Below are positions 1-7,807 of a stretch of DNA of 32,374 nucleotides, piece by piece. The stretch is from Bacteroidota bacterium (GTDB lineage Bacteria; Bacteroidota; Bacteroidia; Chitinophagales; Chitinophagaceae). Under the pieces are notes generated by a model, which worked only from the letters and a program-made list of their open reading frames with translations, searched no databases and was not told the origin of the DNA. Each line of letters begins with the position of its first letter. Positions within the stretch are counted from its first letter, which is position 1. A program made the translations under genes and the position numbers. The stretch is taken from positions 1 through 32,374 of the forward strand of contig CANHNT010000001.1 of assembly GCA_947461985.1 (NCBI GenBank), in the 5' to 3' direction.

Positions 1-132
1 TATTTTAAATGTTGTTACTAATTCTTCTTCGTTAGGATCTGGAGGAGTTGTTTTTTTACAAGATGATTGTGAAAATAATAATCCGAAAATTGATAATGTA
101 ATAATGCTTGTTGTTAAAATTGTATTTTTCAT
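1..132 (-). CDS. Lipoprotein of unknown function, N-terminal fragment only (gene continues past the left edge)
   Basis: My manual reverse translation from the ATG at 132..130 gives MKNTILTTSIITLSIFGLLFSQSSCKKTTPPDPNEEELVTTFKI. That is a signal peptide followed by a Cys, then a Pro/Glu-rich linker. The frame is open to position 1. The ATG overlaps the TGA stop of the upstream receptor gene (ATGA at 129-132), which suggests translational coupling. Confidence 0.6.
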   Translation of the reverse strand, partial: MKNTILTTSIITLSIFGLLFSQSSCKKTTPPDPNEEELVTTFKI

Positions 133-2543
133 TTTTTTAAATTGTTTTTTAAATTTTTCATTTTTTGTTGAATAGGGATTGAAAGTCGAGTAAAAATGTT
201 TCGTCCAATTTCGTTGGCAAAATATCTATTTCGATTCATGTAATCTCGATAGGAAGTATTGAAAATATTTTGAATTCCGATATTGATAAATACATTTTTG
301 TATTCAATAATAAAATCGCTATTTGCCAAATAATAGGCTTTTGGAGGATTTACATAATCAGCATTCAAAGGGGCTCTTTTTTGTTGAAATGTGTAGCTAT
401 TATTCAACGACCATTTTATGTTGAAGAGTTTTTGTTTTAGTAAATTTAATTCTAAGGCATGCTCTATTCTTGCTGGGGGAATACCAACTAAGTATTTGTT
501 ATTACTAAGGTCTTTTGCTAATGTAATATTTGTTTTAAAGTGGTTTTGTATTTTCTTTAAAATGACAAATGAAGCCGAATATTCTACCCCACTAAAATTG
601 GCATTTACTTGAGAATAAGCAAAAGTAGGAAATGCACCCCTTATGGTAAGCGTAGCTGGTAATTTAGGTTGTAAATTAATATAATTTAAAATGTAGTTGT
701 TATAGAGAGTTAGCTCCATATCAACTTTATTTTTATAGTTAAAATCTACAGTAAGAGAGCTGTTGTAATTTCTTTCTGGTACTAAATTTTCATCACCAAT
801 TTCAAATGAAGCAGCACTGTGGTGAACGCCATTACTATATAACTCATTTACGAAAGGAGAACGCCATGCAGTTCCCACATTTGCGTGCAAAGTAAAATAA
901 GGAAATTGGTATCGAGTAGAAAAAGTACTTGCAAATCCGTTGTAAAAATGAGTTAAATTTGTAAGCACATTTTGTTTCCATTTTAATACCGAAAAATAAT
1001 TTACATCGTAGCGTATTCCTCCCTCAAAAGAAAAACGGTTTTTATGCCATTTTTCTACCAAATATAATCCTGTATTTATTCTTTCGTAATTTGGAATAAA
1101 ATAATTTCCATAATAATTATTTTTTTGTAGCGAAGACGATATGCCAAAATTCCCAGTAAATCGTTTAATGGGTTGGTGTTCAAAATTTACATCAAGAGCG
1201 TTTGAAAACAAATCAAAATTTAATGCAGGTTTGTAAGAACCATCGTCATTTTTTGTTTGAAGTGTTTTATCATATTCTTTACGAATGTTTTTTTGAAAAC
1301 CATATAAAATAGATAAATTGCCTCTGTTTTTTATGAAATAATTAAACTTCAACTTGGCTAAATAGTGCACCACATGCTGATAAGGAAAACCAATTTTGTA
1401 ACTAAATTGCGCACTGTCTGTTGGTTTTGTTGCATCAAATGCTGCATATAAATCGGTTAAATTACCAATGTGGGAACCTGCAAAAATTCCAATTTTGGTA
1501 TTAAAAATACTTTGGTAAAGTTCTACATTCCAATTATTTTTTTGGTAACCCAAAGCCAATGAATAATTTATTTCATTCATGCCTGTGTTCTTTAAAAAAT
1601 AAGAGGGCGTTTTTGTATTGCCACTTTTTTTATAGCTTCCTTGTATTCTATAATTTAGGTTTTTATTTTTCAGAAGATTTCCTTCAAGCATGCTCGAAAA
1701 ATTAAAACCTCTTCCATTCGTAAAACCTGCAATATTTATTTCACCATTTGTATTTTTTACTTTTAATATAGATGCAGGATTCACCAATATGATACCACCA
1801 ATAATATCGCTTCCATATCTTATGCTTTGTGCACCTTTAACTACCTCTATTTCTTTAGCCATGTTGGGGTCAATTTCGGGAGCATGTTCATTTCCCCATT
1901 GTTGACCTTCTTGCCTTATTTCATTATTCATAATAACCACTCTATTACTATGTAATCCTCTTATAACCGGCTTATTTATGTTATTTCCTGTGCTTAAATT
2001 ATAAACCCCATTTATTTTTTCTAACGATTTACCTAATGATTGCCCAATACTCATTTTTAAATCGTTTCCTTGCACCTTATTACTAACTGTAACATTTTCC
2101 CAATGAATTCTTGCACCTTTTACCATTACTTGATGCAAGGTATCTGTATGACAGTTTAAATAAATTGTCTTTGAAATGTTTTTATTAGATATAATAATTT
2201 GTTCTCGTTTTAGTTCATGATTTAAGTGTCTTGATACTAAAAAATAAGTACCATCACAAAGTCCTTTTAACACAAACTCACCGTTAGAATTTGTATTGGT
2301 TCCTATTGCTTTTCCTTCAATAAAAACAGCAACACTTTCAATAGGTAAACCTGATTGAGATTCTAATATGACACCTTTCAAAATATGGGTAAAATTGGTT
2401 TGAGCATTTGTATTTATAAAAAAATACAAATACAAAACACAAATAATAAATTGTTTCAAAATATTTATTTTGTTTAAATTAATTAAAATAAAAATGGGTA
2501 AGCAATTTGCGAAATCACCAACAATGTAATTGAATTTCTTCAA
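129..2543 (-). CDS. TonB-dependent outer-membrane receptor with an N-terminal CarboxypepD_reg-like domain
   Basis: 804-aa ORF. The N-terminal beta-sandwich-like segment is ILKGVILESQSGLPIESVAVFIEGK..TNSNGEF. A plug-type motif is present (EVVKGAQSIRYGSDIIGGIILV). The rest is a long Gly/Asn/Tyr/Phe-rich alternating barrel region. An in-frame TTG at 2459 would give a cleaner signal peptide (MKQFIICVLYLYFFINTNAQ), so the true start is uncertain. Confidence 0.9.
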   Translation of the reverse strand: MKKFNYIVGDFANCLPIFILINLNKINILKQFIICVLYLYFFINTNAQTNFTHILKGVILESQSGLPIESVAVFIEGKAIGTNTNSNGEFVLKGLCDGTYFLVSRHLNHELKREQIIISNKNISKTIYLNCHTDTLHQVMVKGARIHWENVTVSNKVQGNDLKMSIGQSLGKSLEKINGVYNLSTGNNINKPVIRGLHSNRVVIMNNEIRQEGQQWGNEHAPEIDPNMAKEIEVVKGAQSIRYGSDIIGGIILVNPASILKVKNTNGEINIAGFTNGRGFNFSSMLEGNLLKNKNLNYRIQGSYKKSGNTKTPSYFLKNTGMNEINYSLALGYQKNNWNVELYQSIFNTKIGIFAGSHIGNLTDLYAAFDATKPTDSAQFSYKIGFPYQHVVHYLAKLKFNYFIKNRGNLSILYGFQKNIRKEYDKTLQTKNDDGSYKPALNFDLFSNALDVNFEHQPIKRFTGNFGISSSLQKNNYYGNYFIPNYERINTGLYLVEKWHKNRFSFEGGIRYDVNYFSVLKWKQNVLTNLTHFYNGFASTFSTRYQFPYFTLHANVGTAWRSPFVNELYSNGVHHSAASFEIGDENLVPERNYNSSLTVDFNYKNKVDMELTLYNNYILNYINLQPKLPATLTIRGAFPTFAYSQVNANFSGVEYSASFVILKKIQNHFKTNITLAKDLSNNKYLVGIPPARIEHALELNLLKQKLFNIKWSLNNSYTFQQKRAPLNADYVNPPKAYYLANSDFIIEYKNVFINIGIQNIFNTSYRDYMNRNRYFANEIGRNIFTRLSIPIQQKMKNLKNNLKK

Positions 2544-2586
2544 ATTATTTTTATTAGTGGTTATCGGTAAAATATGCTTTTATAAT

Positions 2587-2925
2587 TTAAACAAAAACAG
2601 GAGGTCCTCTTAACGAAAATGAAAGATTGACATTTTCATTTTTTACAAAACTATAAAGCTCAAATTTTGTATTAATTAAAAAAAGTTGATCTTGAATAAA
2701 ATCAAAAAAGGGAATTTCAAATGAAGGAGCCGAAAAATGTTGATCCACTTTTAATAATGCACAATGGTGGTGTTCTTTCTCGAAATGATGTACATTCGGA
2801 TTAACCACATGGTGATCGGTATCTGCATGATTGGTAAAAAGGTGCAACACCTCTTTGGGCGTAATGTAAAAACAAAACGCAACCAAAATAAAGCATGAAA
2901 AAAATCTTTTTATAGCCGTTGACAC
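2587..2925 (-). CDS. Small His-rich membrane-anchored protein, first gene of the receptor operon
   Basis: 112-aa ORF with a GTG start. It has one N-terminal hydrophobic helix (FFSCFILVAFCFYI), then the His-dense segment HLFTNHADTDHHVVNPNVHHFEKEHHHC, and ends in ..LRGPPVFV. It lies 43 bp upstream of the TonB-dependent receptor on the same strand. From memory, the architecture resembles small His/Cys-rich proteins found upstream of metal-related receptors in Bacteroidota. Family assignment is not verified. Confidence 0.55.
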   Translation of the reverse strand: MSTAIKRFFSCFILVAFCFYITPKEVLHLFTNHADTDHHVVNPNVHHFEKEHHHCALLKVDQHFSAPSFEIPFFDFIQDQLFLINTKFELYSFVKNENVNLSFSLRGPPVFV

Positions 2926-3026
2926 AATAGCAAAGATAGTTTAAGATTAATAACTGTAGTATAAAGTTGTTATATAATAATATTCTCTGACAATTCCATG
3001 ACAAAAATATATTTTTTAATAAAAAA

Positions 3027-3042
3027 CATGATTTTTATCATG
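3027..3042. promoter_or_regulatory. Perfect inverted repeat CATGAT-TTTT-ATCATG in the divergent intergenic region (candidate operator)
   Basis: Read directly from the sequence. The 6-nt arms are exactly complementary around a 4-nt spacer. It sits between the minus-strand receptor operon (start 2925) and the plus-strand ACIII operon (start 3156). The core ATGAT-N4-ATCAT resembles both Crp/Fnr-type (TTGAT-N4-ATCAA) and Fur-type half-site logic. Confidence 0.3.
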
Positions 3043-3111
3043 CTATAAATGTTATAAATAAAGCATTAAAAAAAAATCCACAAATGTGTATAAACTTTAA
3101 AAATCGTAACT

Positions 3112-3119
3112 TACATTTG
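3112..3119 (+). promoter_or_regulatory. Candidate Bacteroidota -7 promoter box (TACATTTG = TAnnTTTG) for the ACIII operon
   Basis: Exact match to the TAnnTTTG -7 consensus of Bacteroidota sigma-A promoters, about 37 bp upstream of the first ATG of actA. No clean TTTG -33 element was seen. Confidence 0.3.
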
Positions 3120-3155
3120 CACACATTCGATTTAACACAAAATTATATTTAACTG

Positions 3156-4433
3156 ATGTTAAGTTATTTACAACACATGGTAAAAGATTTAAAAGGATAC
3201 GCTCTGATAGTAGTATTTATACTGCTAAATTCATTTCAAACATTCGCTGCTCCAGACGGGAAAGCGTTGTTTCAGGCTAATTGTGCCTCATGCCATAACC
3301 CTTTAAAAGACGCAACTGGTCCTGCTTTGAAAGGAGTAACGGGTCGTGTTCCTAATAAAGAATGGATTTATAAATGGATCAAAAATTCAGCAGCTGTTAT
3401 CGCTTCTGGCGATAAATATGCCAATGATCTATACAATAAGTGGAATAAAACAGCAATGACTGCTTTTCCTAGTTTATCAAACGAAGAAATAGATGCGATT
3501 GTCAAATATGTAGATGACTATCAAGCACCAGTTACTGCTACAGCGCAAACCCCTGCTGCTGGAGAATCTAAAGACAGTGGAGACAATACTCTATTATATG
3601 CAATATTATCTATTGTATTGTTGATTGCCATATTTGTATTAACGCAAGTAAACAAAGTATTAAGTCGATCTACAAATGTAAAAGCAGGTTTACCTTCACC
3701 AAAAGATGTACCTTTTTTACGAAATAAAGTAGTGTTGGCTATTTTAGCAATAATTGCTGTAGTTGGTATTGGTATTTGGATGACGAACGGAGCAGATTTA
3801 GGTCGTCAAAAAAATTATATGCCAGAACAACCTATTTTTTACTCGCATAAAGTGCATGCAGGTATCAATCAAATCAATTGCTTGTATTGCCACAGTGGTG
3901 CAGAAAAAGGCAAACACGCAATGATACCTTCAACTAATGTTTGTATGAACTGCCATAAACAAATCAACGAATACACGGGAGCAGAAACACACCCGTTAGT
4001 GAATTTAGAAGGTAAAAAAGTAGATGGTACTGCTGAAATTAAAAAATTGTATGATTATGCAGGTTGGGATCCTGTGAAAAAAGATTACAAACGCAATGCA
4101 GCAGGCGAAATTCAAGCAAAACCTATAGAGTGGGTTAAAATTCATAATTTACCAGATCACGTTTATTTTAATCACTCATTACACGTAGTGTCAGGTAAAG
4201 TAGCTTGTCAACGTTGTCATGGAGGTATTCAAGAAATGGATGAAGTGTACCAATTTACCGATTTAAGCATGGGTTGGTGTATTAATTGCCACAGAGAAAC
4301 GAAAGTTCAATTTGTTGATAATAATTACTATTCTATCTTCCAAAAATATCATGACGAAATTAAAGAAGGCAAGCGTGAGGATGTAAAAGTGAGTGATATT
4401 GGTGGTTTGGAATGTCAAAAATGTCATTATTAA
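3156..4433 (+). CDS. actA: Alternative Complex III subunit ActA: an N-terminal mono-haem class-I-like cytochrome c domain fused through two TM helices to a penta-haem domain (six CXXCH in total)
   Basis: The CXXCH motifs are CASCH (3282-3296), CLYCH, CMNCH, CQRCH, CINCH and CQKCH. Hydrophobic helices are LLYAILSIVLLIAIFVLTQV and VVLAILAIIAVVGIGIWM. It is the first gene of an actABCDEF-ordered cluster. An alternative start at Met8 (3177) is possible. Confidence 0.9.
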   Translation: MLSYLQHMVKDLKGYALIVVFILLNSFQTFAAPDGKALFQANCASCHNPLKDATGPALKGVTGRVPNKEWIYKWIKNSAAVIASGDKYANDLYNKWNKTAMTAFPSLSNEEIDAIVKYVDDYQAPVTATAQTPAAGESKDSGDNTLLYAILSIVLLIAIFVLTQVNKVLSRSTNVKAGLPSPKDVPFLRNKVVLAILAIIAVVGIGIWMTNGADLGRQKNYMPEQPIFYSHKVHAGINQINCLYCHSGAEKGKHAMIPSTNVCMNCHKQINEYTGAETHPLVNLEGKKVDGTAEIKKLYDYAGWDPVKKDYKRNAAGEIQAKPIEWVKIHNLPDHVYFNHSLHVVSGKVACQRCHGGIQEMDEVYQFTDLSMGWCINCHRETKVQFVDNNYYSIFQKYHDEIKEGKREDVKVSDIGGLECQKCHY

Positions 4434-4517
4434 TTTGATGATTTGAAAATTGGCGATTTGATAATAAATAAAATTTGAAATAATTGTGTCGAGTGTTGTA
4501 AGGCAGAAAATAAAACT

Positions 4518-4545
4518 GACAACCGACAACCGACATCTGACATCT
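4518..4545 (+). repeat. Tandem heptamers GACAACC x2 and GACATCT x2 in the actA-actB spacer
   Basis: Read directly: gacaacc gacaacc gacatct gacatct, ending 8 nt before the actB ATG. They lie in a 120-bp spacer, whereas the other junctions in this operon are 5-65 bp. Confidence 0.8.
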
Positions 4546-4553
4546 AATAAAAT

Positions 4554-7500
4554 ATGAGCAAGAAACAATATTGGAAAGGACTGGAGGAATTAAATCCGAC
4601 AACAGAATTCAAACAAAAAGCAAGCAACGAATTTGCTGAAGAATTGCCAATGGGTGATTTTGAAAGCCTAGCTACTGCGCCTGCTTCTCGTCGTGATTTC
4701 TTAAAATATTTAGGTTTTAGCACGGCTGCTGCTACCTTGGTGGCAAGTTGTGAAATGCCTGTTCGTAAAGCAATTCCTTATGCTATCAAGCCAGAAAACG
4801 TAACACCTGGTGTACCTTTAATGTATGCATCTACGTTTATGGATGCAGGTGAAGCAGTTCCTGTTTTAGTAAAAACTCGTGAAGGTCGTCCTATCAAAAT
4901 TGAAGGAAATCCTGATAGTCCGATTACAAAAGGAGGAACTACAGCTCGAATTCAAGGTTCTGTATTAAATTTATATGACGCAACTCGTTTAAAATTTCCT
5001 CAAATTGACAAAAAAGAAGCAACTTGGGAAGCTGTTGACAAATTAGTTACTACAGCGTTAGCAGGTTTAGGAGGTTCCTCTTTATACTTAGTTTCTTCAA
5101 CTGTTAATAGCGAAACTACCTTAAACGCAATCAGTCAGTTTCAAGCAAAATATCCAACTGCAAAACACGTAATGTACGATGCAGTTTCTTATAGTGGAAT
5201 GTTAGATGCTAATTTATCATCATTTGGTAAAAGAGCGATTCCTACCTATCGTTTCGATAATGCAAAAACAATTGTAAGTATTGGAGCAGACTTTTTAGGG
5301 ACTTGGTTAACGCCTGAAGTAAACGCAAAACAATATGCTTACGGTAGAAAAATTAGCGCAAAAAACCTAAACATGAGCAAACATTACCAATTAGAAGGTA
5401 TGATGAGCTTAACAGGGAGTAGTGCTGATGAACGTTATACTTGCAAACCATCTCAATATGGTGCCATTGCAGTAGGAATTTTAAATGCTTTAAATGGTGG
5501 TTCAGCAAGTTTGACACCAACATTAAACGAGGCTATTAAAAAAATTGCGGCTGATTTAAATGCACACAAAGGAAATGCTTTAGTAGTTTGCGGTAGCAAT
5601 GATGCAAGTGTACAAACTATAGTAAATGCAATCAATAATGCAATTGGAGCCATTGGAACAACGGTTTCATTTGCAACAACAAATAATAGTAAAAAAGGAA
5701 ATGATACAGAAATGAATGCTTTCGTTGACGCTTTAAAAGGTGGTCAAGTTGGAGGTGTGCTATTTTTTGATTGTAACCCTGTATATGAATTAGCAAACGG
5801 AAAAATGATTGGAGAGAAATTAGCTTCAGTTAAATTGTCTGTTTCATTTAATGATAGAATGGACGAAACAACACAATTGTGTAAAGTGGCTGCTCCTTCT
5901 AATCATTGGTTAGAAAGTTGGGGTGATGCTGAAGCATTCAGTGGTTACACAACGTTTATTCAACCAACAATCAATCCATTATTTAAAACACGTGCATTTG
6001 AAGAAAGTTTAATGCATTGGGCTGGAAACACGGTTTCTCATTATGATTTTGTTAAAAATTATTGGATGAGCAAATTGGGTGGTCAAGTAGCATTTGATAC
6101 TGCCATTCAAACCGGCTTAGTAACTACGAACGAAGTGACAATGGCTAGTGCTGCTTTCATTGGAAATGTAGCTGATGCAACATCTAAAATTGCTGCTATT
6201 AAAGGTGGTAAATACGAATTAGTTATCTACGAAAAAGTAGGAATTGGTCGTGGTGGTGCATGGAGTAACAATCCTTGGTTACAAGAAATGCCTGATCCGA
6301 TTACAAAATGTACTTGGGACAATTACGTAATCATGTCGCCTAACAAAGCAAAAGAGTTAGGGGCTGAACATACCGACTTAAATGAAGTTGAAAGACCGAA
6401 ACACGTTTTTTCAATTAAAGCAAATGGGGTTGAAGTTAAATTGCCTGTTTTAGTGGTGCCAGGTATGCACGACGAAGTGGTAGCAATAGCTGTTGGTTAT
6501 GGTCGTGATAAAGGAGTTGGTAAAGCAGCATATGCAAAAGATGTAAAAATGGGAGAAAATGTATATCCAATGGTATCGAAAGATGCTAACGGAAATGCAA
6601 GCTTCTATGCTTATAATGTGGAAATAGCAACAACAAAAGAAATGTATCCTTTGGCTATTACACAAACACATCATACCTATCAAGCAGATAGACCAATTAT
6701 TCATGAATTTACATTTGATGAATTCAAGAAAAATCCTGCTGAATTGTATGATGAAAGAAAACATGAATTTGAACATTTCACGCATAGTTTTGATGCCCCT
6801 CATGGTGAGCATGGAGCAGCACATGGAGCGGCAGCTGTTGCACATGAGCCTTCAAAAGCAGATGACGATTGGCAAAAAGCATACAGAGAAAATGGAACCT
6901 TATATCCTAATCATGAAGCATTAGGAATGAAATGGGGTATGAGTATTGATTTGTCAAGTTGTATAGGTTGTGGTGCTTGTACAATTGCTTGTCAAGCAGA
7001 AAACAATGTTTCGGTAGTTGGTAAAGATCAAGTGATGAAAGCGCATGATATGCACTGGATTCGTATTGATCGATATTTTGCTGGAGATCCTTCAAAACCA
7101 GATTCTATTCAAACATTATTCCAACCAATGATTTGCCAACACTGTGACAATGCTCCTTGTGAGAATGTTTGTCCAGTAAACGCTAGTAATCATAGTAGTG
7201 AGGGAATTAATCAAATGGCTTATAACCGTTGTATTGGTACAAGATATTGTGCTAACAACTGTCCTTATAAAGTACGTCGTTTTAACTGGAGAGATTGGAA
7301 TGAAGCAGATTGCTTTGAAGATAATGTGTTTGAAGATGGTCGTAGAGATGATATGAATGACAACATTACTCGTATGGTTTTAAACCCTGATGTTACAGTA
7401 AGAAGTAGAGGAGTGATGGAAAAATGTAGTTTTTGTGTGCAACGTCTAGTTGGTGCAAAAGCTACAGCTAAAAAAGAAGGAAGAACGATGAGAGATGGCG

Positions 7501-7742
7501 AAGCAAAAGTTGCTTGTCAACAATCTTGTCCTACAGATGCAATTGTTTTTGGAAATGTAAATGACAGAGAAAGTAATATCTTCAAAATTCGATATGAAGA
7601 GCAAAAAGAACGTGTATTCCATGTATTAGAAGAAATTCATACGTTACCAAACGTGAATTATTTATCTAAAATTAGAAACACAAATGTTTTATCAGGTGCT
7701 CATCATAAAGAAGAAGAAAAACACGAATCAGTAAAAGCGTAA
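4554..7742 (+). CDS. actB: Alternative Complex III subunit ActB (fusion of a molybdopterin-oxidoreductase-like domain and a 4Fe-4S ferredoxin domain, with a Tat signal)
   Basis: 1062 aa. Twin-arginine motif SRRDFLKYLG. The large N-terminal region is molybdopterin-oxidoreductase-like. The C-terminal part carries several Fe-S Cys motifs (CIGCGACTIAC, CQHCDNAPCENVCP, CIGTRYCANNCP, CSFCVQR..CQQSCP). Confidence 0.95.
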   Translation: MSKKQYWKGLEELNPTTEFKQKASNEFAEELPMGDFESLATAPASRRDFLKYLGFSTAAATLVASCEMPVRKAIPYAIKPENVTPGVPLMYASTFMDAGEAVPVLVKTREGRPIKIEGNPDSPITKGGTTARIQGSVLNLYDATRLKFPQIDKKEATWEAVDKLVTTALAGLGGSSLYLVSSTVNSETTLNAISQFQAKYPTAKHVMYDAVSYSGMLDANLSSFGKRAIPTYRFDNAKTIVSIGADFLGTWLTPEVNAKQYAYGRKISAKNLNMSKHYQLEGMMSLTGSSADERYTCKPSQYGAIAVGILNALNGGSASLTPTLNEAIKKIAADLNAHKGNALVVCGSNDASVQTIVNAINNAIGAIGTTVSFATTNNSKKGNDTEMNAFVDALKGGQVGGVLFFDCNPVYELANGKMIGEKLASVKLSVSFNDRMDETTQLCKVAAPSNHWLESWGDAEAFSGYTTFIQPTINPLFKTRAFEESLMHWAGNTVSHYDFVKNYWMSKLGGQVAFDTAIQTGLVTTNEVTMASAAFIGNVADATSKIAAIKGGKYELVIYEKVGIGRGGAWSNNPWLQEMPDPITKCTWDNYVIMSPNKAKELGAEHTDLNEVERPKHVFSIKANGVEVKLPVLVVPGMHDEVVAIAVGYGRDKGVGKAAYAKDVKMGENVYPMVSKDANGNASFYAYNVEIATTKEMYPLAITQTHHTYQADRPIIHEFTFDEFKKNPAELYDERKHEFEHFTHSFDAPHGEHGAAHGAAAVAHEPSKADDDWQKAYRENGTLYPNHEALGMKWGMSIDLSSCIGCGACTIACQAENNVSVVGKDQVMKAHDMHWIRIDRYFAGDPSKPDSIQTLFQPMICQHCDNAPCENVCPVNASNHSSEGINQMAYNRCIGTRYCANNCPYKVRRFNWRDWNEADCFEDNVFEDGRRDDMNDNITRMVLNPDVTVRSRGVMEKCSFCVQRLVGAKATAKKEGRTMRDGEAKVACQQSCPTDAIVFGNVNDRESNIFKIRYEEQKERVFHVLEEIHTLPNVNYLSKIRNTNVLSGAHHKEEEKHESVKA

Positions 7743-7807
7743 ATAACAAATCATCATTAATAAAAAATTGAATAATTGTTTAAAACAATTTGAAAAAATA
7801 AATAAGT

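Noticed and set aside
418-7095. Short ORFs nested in or antisense to the large genes (418-612, 1690-1905, 2801-3004, 4263-4568, 4360-4602, 5453-5653, 6450-6845, 6703-6924, 6907-7095)
   Set aside because: Each lies inside or overlaps a long ORF with clear family motifs. Their translations are low-complexity and rich in Cys/Ile/Phe/Leu, as expected from reading A/T-rich DNA out of frame. None shows a signal peptide, domain or promoter.
4554-7742. ActB as a genuine molybdoenzyme (e.g. polysulfide, tetrathionate or nitrate reductase)
   Set aside because: The actABCDEF gene context, the fused ferredoxin-like domain and the adjacent oxidase genes identify it as the ACIII subunit. That subunit is known to retain the fold without acting as a Mo-dependent reductase.
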